This document shows positions 28,890-38,393 of a DNA stretch of 64,000 nucleotides, in pieces. The stretch's first letter is position 1. Each line of letters begins with the position of its first letter. The translations under genes and the position numbers were made by a program. The notes beneath the pieces were generated by a model, which was not told the origin of the DNA, did no database searches, and worked only from the letters and a program-made list of their open reading frames with translations. Source of the DNA: an uncultured virus (IMG/VR IMGVR_UViG_3300000304_000038) (Duplodnaviria > Heunggongvirae > Uroviricota > Caudoviricetes); IMG/VR virus record IMGVR_UViG_3300000304_000038, one strand, 5' to 3'.

Positions 28890-31805
28890 CTAGAGCTCGC
28901 GGCCACACCACGGGCAATAGTTTAGATATATATTACACTCCCCGGCGTCGTAGCCACATTGCGCATAGGCTACGACATTGAGGTAGGCGTCTCCTGCCTT
29001 GTCGTACTCAATGCGATATTCCGCTCCTTCGCTGACGTAGCTTTCTCCTGTGTTTCGTTCGGCGTTCTTGTCGCACCAGTCGCACATTTTATTCCCCTTT
29101 CAGAATAGCAGCCGCAATGATACACCCCGCTGTGATACCCGTCAAGGCCCAGTCGCGTACCTTGTCCGGTCGTGGCCTTTCCAACTTGACGTTGCGGTAT
29201 ACGGCGATAAGGTTTGCAATCATGTAGCACCCCTGTCCAACAAAGTAGTTGGCGCCGATTGTCACCTGTCCTGCGACCGTGAGCGCAAGCGCCACGTATT
29301 GCATGTTTTCGATTGTCTTCTGTCGCATGTTACCACCTGTCTTTCAGATTGTCAATACGTCGCACGGTGAGCGGCCCCGCGTTGTACTCACGCCCGGAAC
29401 TAAGCACTCGCATGAGTCCACGCACATTGTAGCACTTGTGTCCGGCGCTGTCCAGAAAATTGAGAACGTCCGCGATGCAGCTGTAGCGCACAAACTTGCC
29501 CGTGCGGATGTTGGTAATCTTGTAGTGGCGATATACCGTGGTGCCCATGTCTCTTCCTCTCTCTTGGAATAGGGGGCGGGCTTTCCCCGCCCCCGGTACT
29601 TGCTTAGTCCTCTATATCCTCGGGAAAAATGTAGTCCTCCTCCTCCTCGGGGTAGTAGTATGTGAGTTCATCAATATATGCAATCACGTTCTCGGTACTA
29701 GTCGGGTTCTCCATAACGTCGAACATTGTCGGTCCCCTTTCTCGTAGGCTGCACTTGCTGATTACTAATATACACGTTTGCGGGGCTAGGGTACGCGAGA
29801 ATATCGTCTCCATACTCTCTTCACATCTCGGGGTCGAACGTGTGTTCGTATTTTTTTAGGACGGACCTGTAGATTCATTTACCGGACTCCCCACGGCACA
29901 ATTAGAATATACCAAACTCTAAGACTGATTGCAAGCAATTTTTTGAAAAAAAATAGGCCCCCTTGCGGGGGCCGTCGATCTTAGTCTTTGGGGGGCCAAA
30001 TCTCTACGACTGTCAAGCCGTCCGTTCTTGCGCCGCTCTCTATCTTGCGAATCTTGTAGTTGGAATATCCCCACTTGAACCGAATATCATAGGCGTGGGC
30101 GATATGCGTGCCGATATAGTTGCCGTACCAGTCGTACACGCGCCACTCGCACTCACCCATCAGAACGCCTTGCAAGTCCTTGACTGTCATCGCAAGCCCC
30201 TTTCTTTGTTTGCCTTGCTTGCTAAAGCAAGTGTACCACGAACACGCGGGGCAAGGCAAGAACTATTTTCTCGCCACATTTTCTCCATATTTTTTTCGAC
30301 CTTCTCCATCCTAATAATAATAATAGGATAGGCGAGAAACTTTGTCAAGTGACTTTTTTCTTCTTCACAGAAAAAACATAGAAAAATCTACGCCACTTCC
30401 ATTGTACCAAAAAACGGGTATCTTTGTCAAGTGCTTCACAGAATATTTACAAACCCAAAAACCCGAACATCAGTTCGGCATAGGGGTAAAGTAAAGCCCC
30501 ACCGCAGCGGGGCTAATACTCTAATCCTCTCTCGTGATATTAGCAAAGCAACGTGTACGCTCGTAATAGGCGTTGGCGGCGTTCTTAGCGTCCTCTAGGG
30601 ACTTGTAGCGCCTTGCCTTGGGGATGTTGTAGCCGTTCTCGTCAAACTCATACTCACCGCAAAAGTAGACCACGTACATGTTAGCCCCTCTCGTGTTCGG
30701 GTTCCTTGTGACAACTAAAGTATCGCATACTCTAATACAGCTGTCAAGAACTATTTTCTCTCCATAGGTTCTTCATATTTTTTTAAACAGACTTCGGGAT
30801 TCATTGACGGGACTCTTCACCGTACAACTATATTAAAGCAGAACATCCCCGCCCAGTCAACACCTGAGCGGGGATATTTTTTTCTTTACATTCCCTTCAC
30901 ATTACGGAACTTGCTGCGCTTCTTGCTGTCCCAGAAATAGGAATACCTGAAACCCTCTTCGTAAAGCCCGCCCTGCTTAATCCAGTTGAGCGTGAGGATA
31001 GAACCGGCCCCAGCTCCAAAAGCAAACGCAAGGGTAATAAGGGCCGCACAAGTGAACGCATCGAACATGATAGACTTCCTTTCTGTCGTTGCCTGACAAG
31101 AATATTATTACACTCGTGCGGCCCAGCCGTCAAGCTCTACTCACAATCTTCACAAAGCACGAACGTGTAATCTCCGTTAAGCTCGTCTACGTAAACGTCC
31201 TTTATCTTCGACTTGGGCGAGAACTTCAATCCCAGCTCTTCTTGCTTTGTCTTATCCCAGTCTGTCACCCGTCCCCGTTCGTCTGTGCAAATGTCCAGAT
31301 AGCCATCAGCATCGGGGGCTGTGAGATAGAACATAGAGTAGTCGGGTAGCAGAACCGCTGCCATCTGCTCTAGAGTAGGAAAATCAAACTCCGTACCAAA
31401 CGGTCCCACGAAAACCTTTCGAAACATTATCCACCAACTTTCGTTTTGAAAACTTAACCTTGGGAGTCTCTTAGAATAACTTTCGTTTCGAAAATCCTAG
31501 GGCGGGAGTCTCGATAGACCATTTTCATTTTTATTGCGAGACCCCCGCCGTTTTCGTTTTTGATTCCTCTAATCTTCGTTTGGATAGATTAGTTCTACTC
31601 GTTCCGCGTTATCTGTGTCTAGGGGAACGATTGCAAAAGAAACTGAGGGGTTGTCAATTTTGGCAAGTCTGTCACGCACGTAGTTGTTAGCGCTTCCATA
31701 GTCCAAAAAGATACGCCAGTCGGAAAAACACGGACGGCTACCATCTTCATATTGTTCATACAGCGGATTGTTGAGTTTTTCATAATCCGCAACGAGATAC
31801 TTCAT
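28890..31805 (-). other. series of short minus-strand early-type genes, several with their own promoter and terminator
   Basis: ORFs 28890-29087, 29089-29328, 29330-29548, 29604-about 29727, 29981-about 30190, 30886-31068, 31137-31427, 31569-about 31805. Confidence 0.5.
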
Positions 31806-31879
31806 TGTAATATAGTCCTTCCTAGAAAATAGGAATAAGAATAGGGGCGGGGACTCAGCCCCGCCCATTCTGCTTCTGT

Positions 31880-32365
31880 TTACTTCATGCGGTACAGATA
31901 AATGAACACCTTGCCGCACGTCATAATGTTCATGGAGTCAAACATGTTGGCCTCTTCCAGAACCTCAAAAGCGTGCAGCTTCTCAGCCTCCCAGTAGACG
32001 AAACCATAGCGGCGATGCTTCTTAGCCCCAGCGGCTTCCAGAATGTCCGTTCGGCTCTTGAACGTATCGGTCGGTGCCGTGGCGAGAATGTCCGCAATGA
32101 GTCGCGTCACGCTCTCAGCCTTGCTGCTGTCCTCCCACCAGTGCCTCGCGGTCCAGCGATACTTCTGCGAATTGTAGTTATCAAAATACAGCTTGTCCAG
32201 CTCTTCCGTGGTGAGCTTGGGATTGACGATACTTGCGGCCTTGATAAAATCGTCGTAGGCGTTAGTAGTCTCGTTGTGACTCTCCAGCTTCTCACGCTCT
32301 CCCGCCACGTACTCGTTGAAAATCTCACGTGCGCGGACCATGTAGTCGTTCTTCTTACCAGCCAT
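31880..32365 (-). CDS. hypothetical protein
   Basis: 161 aa ORF, AAAGGGG SD. Confidence 0.65.
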   Translation of the reverse strand: MAGKKNDYMVRAREIFNEYVAGEREKLESHNETTNAYDDFIKAASIVNPKLTTEELDKLYFDNYNSQKYRWTARHWWEDSSKAESVTRLIADILATAPTDTFKSRTDILEAAGAKKHRRYGFVYWEAEKLHAFEVLEEANMFDSMNIMTCGKVFIYLYRMK

Positions 32366-32910
32366 CCTAGACCCCTTTCGGTCGTAGTGCTCGCGGCCCC
32401 TTGCCGCTCGCTGTGACTACCATTATGCACATAGCATCGACCGCCGCAACCCCCATTTTTCCCTCCACACTTCCTCCACAATTTTCTCTCTTGTCCTTTC
32501 TCTTGGAACATGTATAATAGAGCGCGTCCGTTGGAATGGTCCAAAAGATAGGAGTGTCTTATATGGTAGAGTTCATGTTGTTCGTTGTTGGTGTTTGCTT
32601 CGCTGTTTTCTTCGTTGGAGTCTGTTGGGCGTTCATTCTTCTAGGTTGTCTCTTGGAGTTTGTGCGCTGCGTTCTCACGTTTCATTTTGTGGATATGCCT
32701 AAGCGCTTGCAATGTCGCGCAGCCGAGTTGAAAAAATTGGGCTATGACTTGTCTCAATCATGTGAGGAATGCTTCTATGATGAAAATGACAATCCCCCGT
32801 ATTGTGAGTAGATCGCTTATAGGCCCCGTGTTATGAGCTTGTGCCCTATAGGGCGGAGACCCCAGCGGCTCCGCCCCTTCTCTTCTCATACGCTACGCTC
32901 TACCTATCAT

Positions 32911-32972
32911 TAGGTGCCTAACTACTAGGCACCTAACTACTAGGCACCTAACTATTTAGTTAGGTGCCTAGT
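32911..32972. repeat. three tandem 15-bp repeats plus one inverted copy (TAGGYRCCTAACTA)
   Basis: taggtgcctaactac taggcacctaactac taggcacctaactat ... tagttaggtgcctagt. Confidence 0.85.
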
Positions 32973-33376
32973 GAACTAATTCAGTTGTTAGCGTGGTCTA
33001 ACTTTTCCCCCTTCCGTGCGGCGAACAGATAGGCCCAACTCTAGCGCCACCCCCCCCTAACACGCAAGGACTAAATAAACGCAACTATAAGGTACCTTGC
33101 AAAACATAGGTGTTTGGAAACGTTTCCAAGGTTGCAAGGATTATATATCCTGCATAAGAAAAGCAACCAACCCCATGCCCGCATACCCCGATCTACCTGC
33201 GGTTTCACAAGTTCTGCATAACTTAGAAAACGTCGCTTGTCCGCACGTTATTATGTGATACCTTTATCTCACCTTGAGAACTGCATAACCGCCAGCCACG
33301 GTCCCTCGCGTAGGGGATACGCCCGCTGCCACGCGCGGCCCGCGTGGCGTTTCATGTACAATATGGAGGTATGATT

Positions 33377-33898
33377 ATGGCTATTGTAATTCTCCCCGAC
33401 TCAACTCGTTTCGACTTGCTCGATGATATGGCGCGCGAGGTGTACGGCATCGCAGACCCCGACGCTCTTCTCGATAGCACGACCGACGCCTACCGTTGGA
33501 GGTGGGCGATGGACGAGCTCACCCAGCAGATGACCGAGGATGAATTTCGTTCTGCACTCGATTACATCGCAAGGGCGCATGACGTAGACGTTATAGAGCT
33601 CGATCCGGTAGCGTATACAATCATGGACTCTCTCGGTTGCACTGTAGACGCTGCGCTCGGTTTGCGCGAGTGGATATTCGACGCGACGCCGGATGATATG
33701 CGCTCGCTTGAACAGCTGCGCGCGGACCTTGAACAGTTTGGCGCATGGTATCCCGATGATGACGCGCTCAAGGATGATTGGTATACCTACTTTAACGGGA
33801 CGCTTTATGAGCAGACGGCATTTGATGAGAAGCCGGTCCCGTGTGACGCGGACGTTTGGTTTGATATGAGCTATGGCTACTTTATTATGTGGCATTAG
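33377..33898 (+). CDS. acidic hypothetical protein
   Basis: GGAGGT SD. Confidence 0.6.
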   Translation: MAIVILPDSTRFDLLDDMAREVYGIADPDALLDSTTDAYRWRWAMDELTQQMTEDEFRSALDYIARAHDVDVIELDPVAYTIMDSLGCTVDAALGLREWIFDATPDDMRSLEQLRADLEQFGAWYPDDDALKDDWYTYFNGTLYEQTAFDEKPVPCDADVWFDMSYGYFIMWH

Positions 33899-33988
33899 TA
33901 GCGCATGGCAGACGTTCTAACGGCCCGGGCCATCCGGCCCGGGCTACCATACCAGACAAGGCCCTAAAGGGCCGGAGGAGGGTTTGCA

Positions 33989-34336
33989 ATGGCTACTAGC
34001 TACACAATCGCTCGTGGGACCGCGTGGTACGTTTCGACCGCCACGCTGACCGAGGTCCGCGAGGTCGTGAGAATCGACCGCCACCGCAAGGCCGATAGCA
34101 GCGTGTCGGTCGCTATCATCACCGCCGACGGTGAGAAGATCGCAGAGTCGGGCCGCTATTTTCATGGTTGCGCTATGCCGTATGATTTCGAGGACGTTTC
34201 AAGCTTTATTGAGGAGTGCGAGAACGCGGCCCGCGCCGTCACGGCGGATCCGCGCGGGCGTTTCTTGTGCTACCCCGAGCACTTCAAGACGGACACAGAC
34301 GGGACGCTCGCGCTGCTCGCAAGGCTCACCAGATAA
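33989..34336 (+). CDS. hypothetical protein
   Basis: GGAGG SD, downstream hairpin terminator. Confidence 0.6.
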   Translation: MATSYTIARGTAWYVSTATLTEVREVVRIDRHRKADSSVSVAIITADGEKIAESGRYFHGCAMPYDFEDVSSFIEECENAARAVTADPRGRFLCYPEHFKTDTDGTLALLARLTR

Positions 34337-34562
34337 AGAACTAAACTATAGGGGACCGGTGACGGTCCCCTATTTTATGCTCTCCAATATAAGATGTGCA
34401 ACTAGTGGGGATAGGTGACGCGCCGTCACGTGGCGGGGGAGGTTTAGGGACGTTTTGTTTGGGTTTGTGGATTTTCTGGCCCCCCACATCCAACACACAC
34501 TAAAATCAAAATTCTAGAAACACTCACACTAAAATCAAAATTCCCGTGCCAGAATCAAGAAC

Positions 34563-34847
34563 CTAATAGGCGTATATTACGATTGCCTCTTCGTACCCGT
34601 TCTTCTCTATGTGCTCTTCGGCCTCTCTTTCGTCCAAATTCAGCCTTTCCATCAAGTCCTGCACGCAATCGTCATAATCGTCATAGAACATATCGTCTTC
34701 CCAATAGAGAAAAGGCTCATAGGCAACCTGCCAGTCTCGCCGCATGACCATCTGTTCATCGTATCTCCATTCGCTTAGAGCAGAAACGAAAATTTCAGCA
34801 CTAGGATGCTTTTTCCTCTCCTCTTGGAGAGCCTCTAGAATATCCAT
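34563..34847 (-). CDS. acidic hypothetical protein
   Basis: 94 aa ORF, GGAG SD. Confidence 0.55.
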   Translation of the reverse strand: MDILEALQEERKKHPSAEIFVSALSEWRYDEQMVMRRDWQVAYEPFLYWEDDMFYDDYDDCVQDLMERLNLDEREAEEHIEKNGYEEAIVIYAY

Positions 34848-34866
34848 ATATCTCCAATCTGTTTGA

Positions 34867-35176
34867 GTAGAAAATCGAAGCTTTAGCTGAGATTTTCTAC
34901 CTAGCTATGCCTACACAAGCTATAGACGAATTATTACAGCTCACCGGCTCCTTGCAAACCCTTGCGGGAAATTCGTCTCGGCTTCCTCTCCGTTGTATCA
35001 CGACAGGGCCAACCAACCCGTTCCTATCTCAGTCGTTCCACCTACCTGCGGCCCTGCCAGACAATCATCCTCTGAATCATGCCGATGACCGCATAGCGAT
35101 GGCAACCCGATTATTCGACTCGCACCCTTTGGTGGGTTCCTTAGACCTCCTGACGGAAGCGCCGACCGGGAACGGC
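34867..35176 (-). ncRNA. structured ncRNA candidate (about 310 nt)
   Basis: TTGACA-17-TATCCT promoter at 35183-35211; several long complementary pairs; no convincing ORF. Confidence 0.45.
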
Positions 35177-35365
35177 AATTTTAGGATATTCTATTTTCTA
35201 ATCTATGTCAACGAGAATTTTTGACTTGGTGGCATATTTTTGCCGCAAAGGTTTCATTGGTCTCTCCAGATTTGCGGCGGGTCTCTTCTCAAAGATTACT
35301 CGCTGCGCTTTGTCTCCCAAGCCCAATAGCAACCCAGCAGGAACAGGTTCACAAGCAGATGCATT

Positions 35366-35614
35366 CTAACTCCTTTCTCTAAGAACGGTATTCGCCGCGC
35401 TTGCGGCCATGTGTGCGTTTACCTCGTCAAGATAGTCGATAATATCTTCCGTGATGAAGTCCGCATATGTGCTCTTTCTGATTTGGTCCGCAATCCAGTC
35501 CTCCCATTCCTGATACTCCGCATCATCGTTGGGGGCACAGCACGCATCGTGAAGCTTGTATACCTCATCCTGCAAGGTTTCAATCTTCTCTGCTATCTCC
35601 ATAGGTCTCACCAT
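35366..35614 (-). CDS. hypothetical protein
   Basis: SD and TATAAT promoter upstream. Confidence 0.55.
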   Translation of the reverse strand: MVRPMEIAEKIETLQDEVYKLHDACCAPNDDAEYQEWEDWIADQIRKSTYADFITEDIIDYLDEVNAHMAASAANTVLRERS

Positions 35615-35829
35615 TCCTAATCCTTTCTCTTGGACCTTTGTTGAGTATATTATACCCAATTTTGGTTCACCTGTCTAGATGACATTTCCTCTACTATTTT
35701 TTGATGATTATTCAAATCATAGGGCATTCGCCGCAAATAAATCATCTTATTTTTTCAACAATGAATATGTCCAGACTTTTTTGGGTATAACTGTATTAGT
35801 GGATTTTGACAACTTGGAAGGAGGAATTC

Positions 35830-36939
35830 TTGAAGTTAGACTATAAGTTGCGGACGGTCGAGGAGAGAAAGCAACTCGTCCAAGAGATACTGGACAGCGG
35901 AGAATACCTTACCCAGCAGCAGATTGGTTTTATGGCCGACTATCTGTTGTTCGTCATGGATGGTCGTGGAAATACCGTGCGGGAAAAGAAGAAGAGCTAT
36001 CCGATAGTGACGAAGAATAGGGACGTTACCGTGAACAAGCGTCAGGTCTCGTTCGAGGAGACTGTATCTCGTCTTCAGAACGGCGAGGACGGACTCTATT
36101 CCATGATTATAAACGACAAGGACGTAATCATGGACATGCGGGCACCCATCACTGAGGAGGACTTGAACACGATTCCCGACTTGCGGAACAAGATGGAGGC
36201 AATAGAGAGTCTGAAGAAGATGTTCGAGAACGCAACGGGAAAGAGAAAATATTCCCTAAAGCGCCAGATTATCTCGATGTATAAGGAACTCTATACGCTC
36301 AAAGCATCTTTCACGGGACAGTCCCCGAAGGCTCGAATAAACTCTCAGGTGCGGTCGATGATACACATGCCGATTCCAGACAATATCTATCTTGACGAGA
36401 ACGGTGTGCCGCAATCAGATGGCTTCATATCTCTTATCAAACCAGAGCACGTCTCCTTTCTTCTCAAATACTATCAACTTCTGAAACAGGAGTCTTGGGA
36501 GGAGCTTCAATCCGATATGCGGTGGCTGCTCATGGACTTAGAGGATACAGTTGTACGGGCGCTGCTACCAGAACACGAGCTTCTCTACGATCTCTTGGTG
36601 TGGGAGATTGACGGATGCACGGGAGCCGAGATAGCCGAAAAGATGGCAGACAAGTATGGTGTGGTTCATTCGGAGCAATATTTCTCAACGCTGTGGTGCC
36701 GCAAGATTCCAAAGATGATTGCCGAACAGGCTCAGAAGGACTGGCTTATCTGGCATTGGAGATACGAAGACCCTGAGAACGCTCAGTGGAAGATGTGTAA
36801 CACTTGCGGCCAAGTCAAGCCCGCACATTATCTCTTCTTCCACAAGAACACTTCCAAGGACGGCTTTTACTCCAAGTGCCGTGACTGTCGTTCGAAGAAG
36901 ACCAAGCGAAAAGAGGTGGATATGAGTGACTCAGGTTAG
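35830..36939 (+). CDS. hypothetical protein with HTH-like segment and C-terminal Zn finger (first gene of late operon)
   Basis: TTG after AAGGAGG; CNTC...CRDC. Confidence 0.7.
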   Translation: MKLDYKLRTVEERKQLVQEILDSGEYLTQQQIGFMADYLLFVMDGRGNTVREKKKSYPIVTKNRDVTVNKRQVSFEETVSRLQNGEDGLYSMIINDKDVIMDMRAPITEEDLNTIPDLRNKMEAIESLKKMFENATGKRKYSLKRQIISMYKELYTLKASFTGQSPKARINSQVRSMIHMPIPDNIYLDENGVPQSDGFISLIKPEHVSFLLKYYQLLKQESWEELQSDMRWLLMDLEDTVVRALLPEHELLYDLLVWEIDGCTGAEIAEKMADKYGVVHSEQYFSTLWCRKIPKMIAEQAQKDWLIWHWRYEDPENAQWKMCNTCGQVKPAHYLFFHKNTSKDGFYSKCRDCRSKKTKRKEVDMSDSG

Positions 36940-38392
36940 AAAGCGACCAAAGGTAACATACAACAAGTATTGTACTTGTGAGCGTTGCGGCCGTAGGATG
37001 ATAGAGACGAAGTTCTATACGGATAAGAAGGGTGAGAGATATCTTATCTGCAAGGACTGTCTCACTCGAAACATAGATAACAAGAAGCAAAGCACATTTG
37101 ACTGGATACTGAAGATATTCGACGTTCCTTTCGTGAAGAATATGTGGCTAGACTTATGCAAGAGGTCCTATCAGAGAGACCCCGACAGATTTGGTCCCGG
37201 TTCTGTCATAGGAAACTACCTCAAAGTTATGAAGACCAGCGCTTATATAGGATATGGTTACAATGACGCGGAACTCGCCTCAAGAGATTATAATGTCAGA
37301 AATGGGTACCAGCCAGACCCAAAAGAGGAGAAGTTCATCGAAGAGGCAAAGAAGAAGCTTGAGGACGAGAATCTGGACCCAGACGAGAGAGAGCGTTTGG
37401 AACAGCTCATTCAACCAAATCTGTATGCGGACACTGCCACTCTTGAGGAGAAGATACCTCCATCCAACCATGAGATGTATTACTCGAAAGAGGCTAGAGA
37501 GAGGCAGGAGAGGAAGAAAGAGGAGAGGGAGCGAGCCAAAAGAGAAAAGGAGGCAAGGAAGAATGGAGTGCTCCTGTCTGATGAACAGACTGAGGACGCA
37601 TCCTCCGCAGACCTCTTGGACTATGAGGCTGCTCTTGCGGCCGAAGGTGTCGAGATTCATTCCAAAGATGATGTTCAGAAATTCTTAGACACCTTGAACC
37701 AAGACCGTGCCCTGACCCAAGAGAAACGAATCTCTGACTCTCTCACCGAAGACGATGTGAACATGCTCTCTGTAAAATGGGGTAGCGACTATCGTCCAAG
37801 CGAGTGGTTGCGGCTTGAGGAGATGTATCGTAAATACACCAATGAGTTCGAGATGAATGTTGACCGTGAGGAAGTCTTGAAGATGATGTGCAAGACCTCA
37901 CTCAAGATGGACCAAGCGTTGGATGAAGGGAATATCGCTGATTATACAAAACTCCAGTCTGCGTTTGATGCTCTCCGCAAGTCTGGCAAGTTCACAGAGG
38001 CACAGAACAAGGACAAGCAAGACAAGTATCTTGACTCTGTTGGAGAACTTGTGGCGGCGGTCGAGAAGCAGGGTGGCGTCATCCCCCAGTTCGATTATAA
38101 GTTCGAGACTACTCAGGACAAGGTTGATTTCACGCTGAAGGACATGCAATCCTATACCTATAATCTGGTCCGCAATGAGATGGGCCTTGGAAACCTCATT
38201 GAGACTTACATTCAGAAGCTCGACCAAGCGAATGCCCAAGGGACCATGCAATCCCTTACGGATGGTCTTGTTACGAGTCGTGCGGAAGAAGAGGCCGCAG
38301 GAGAGTTGGCCGCAGAGCAGTATAGCAATGAGTTCGATAATAAGATTCAGGCAGAGATGGATGCCATGTTTGCGGATATGGATGGTGAGTGA
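36926..38392 (+). CDS. Zn-finger protein, possible terminase small subunit
   Basis: CERC...CKDC; directly upstream of the large terminase; function inferred from position. Confidence 0.5.
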   Translation: MTQVRKRPKVTYNKYCTCERCGRRMIETKFYTDKKGERYLICKDCLTRNIDNKKQSTFDWILKIFDVPFVKNMWLDLCKRSYQRDPDRFGPGSVIGNYLKVMKTSAYIGYGYNDAELASRDYNVRNGYQPDPKEEKFIEEAKKKLEDENLDPDERERLEQLIQPNLYADTATLEEKIPPSNHEMYYSKEARERQERKKEERERAKREKEARKNGVLLSDEQTEDASSADLLDYEAALAAEGVEIHSKDDVQKFLDTLNQDRALTQEKRISDSLTEDDVNMLSVKWGSDYRPSEWLRLEEMYRKYTNEFEMNVDREEVLKMMCKTSLKMDQALDEGNIADYTKLQSAFDALRKSGKFTEAQNKDKQDKYLDSVGELVAAVEKQGGVIPQFDYKFETTQDKVDFTLKDMQSYTYNLVRNEMGLGNLIETYIQKLDQANAQGTMQSLTDGLVTSRAEEEAAGELAAEQYSNEFDNKIQAEMDAMFADMDGE

Positions 38393-38393
38393 C

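Noticed and set aside
34900..35176. RNase P RNA or tmRNA
   Set aside because: Lacks GAGGAAAGUCC and the 3' P4 consensus, and lacks tRNA-like ends
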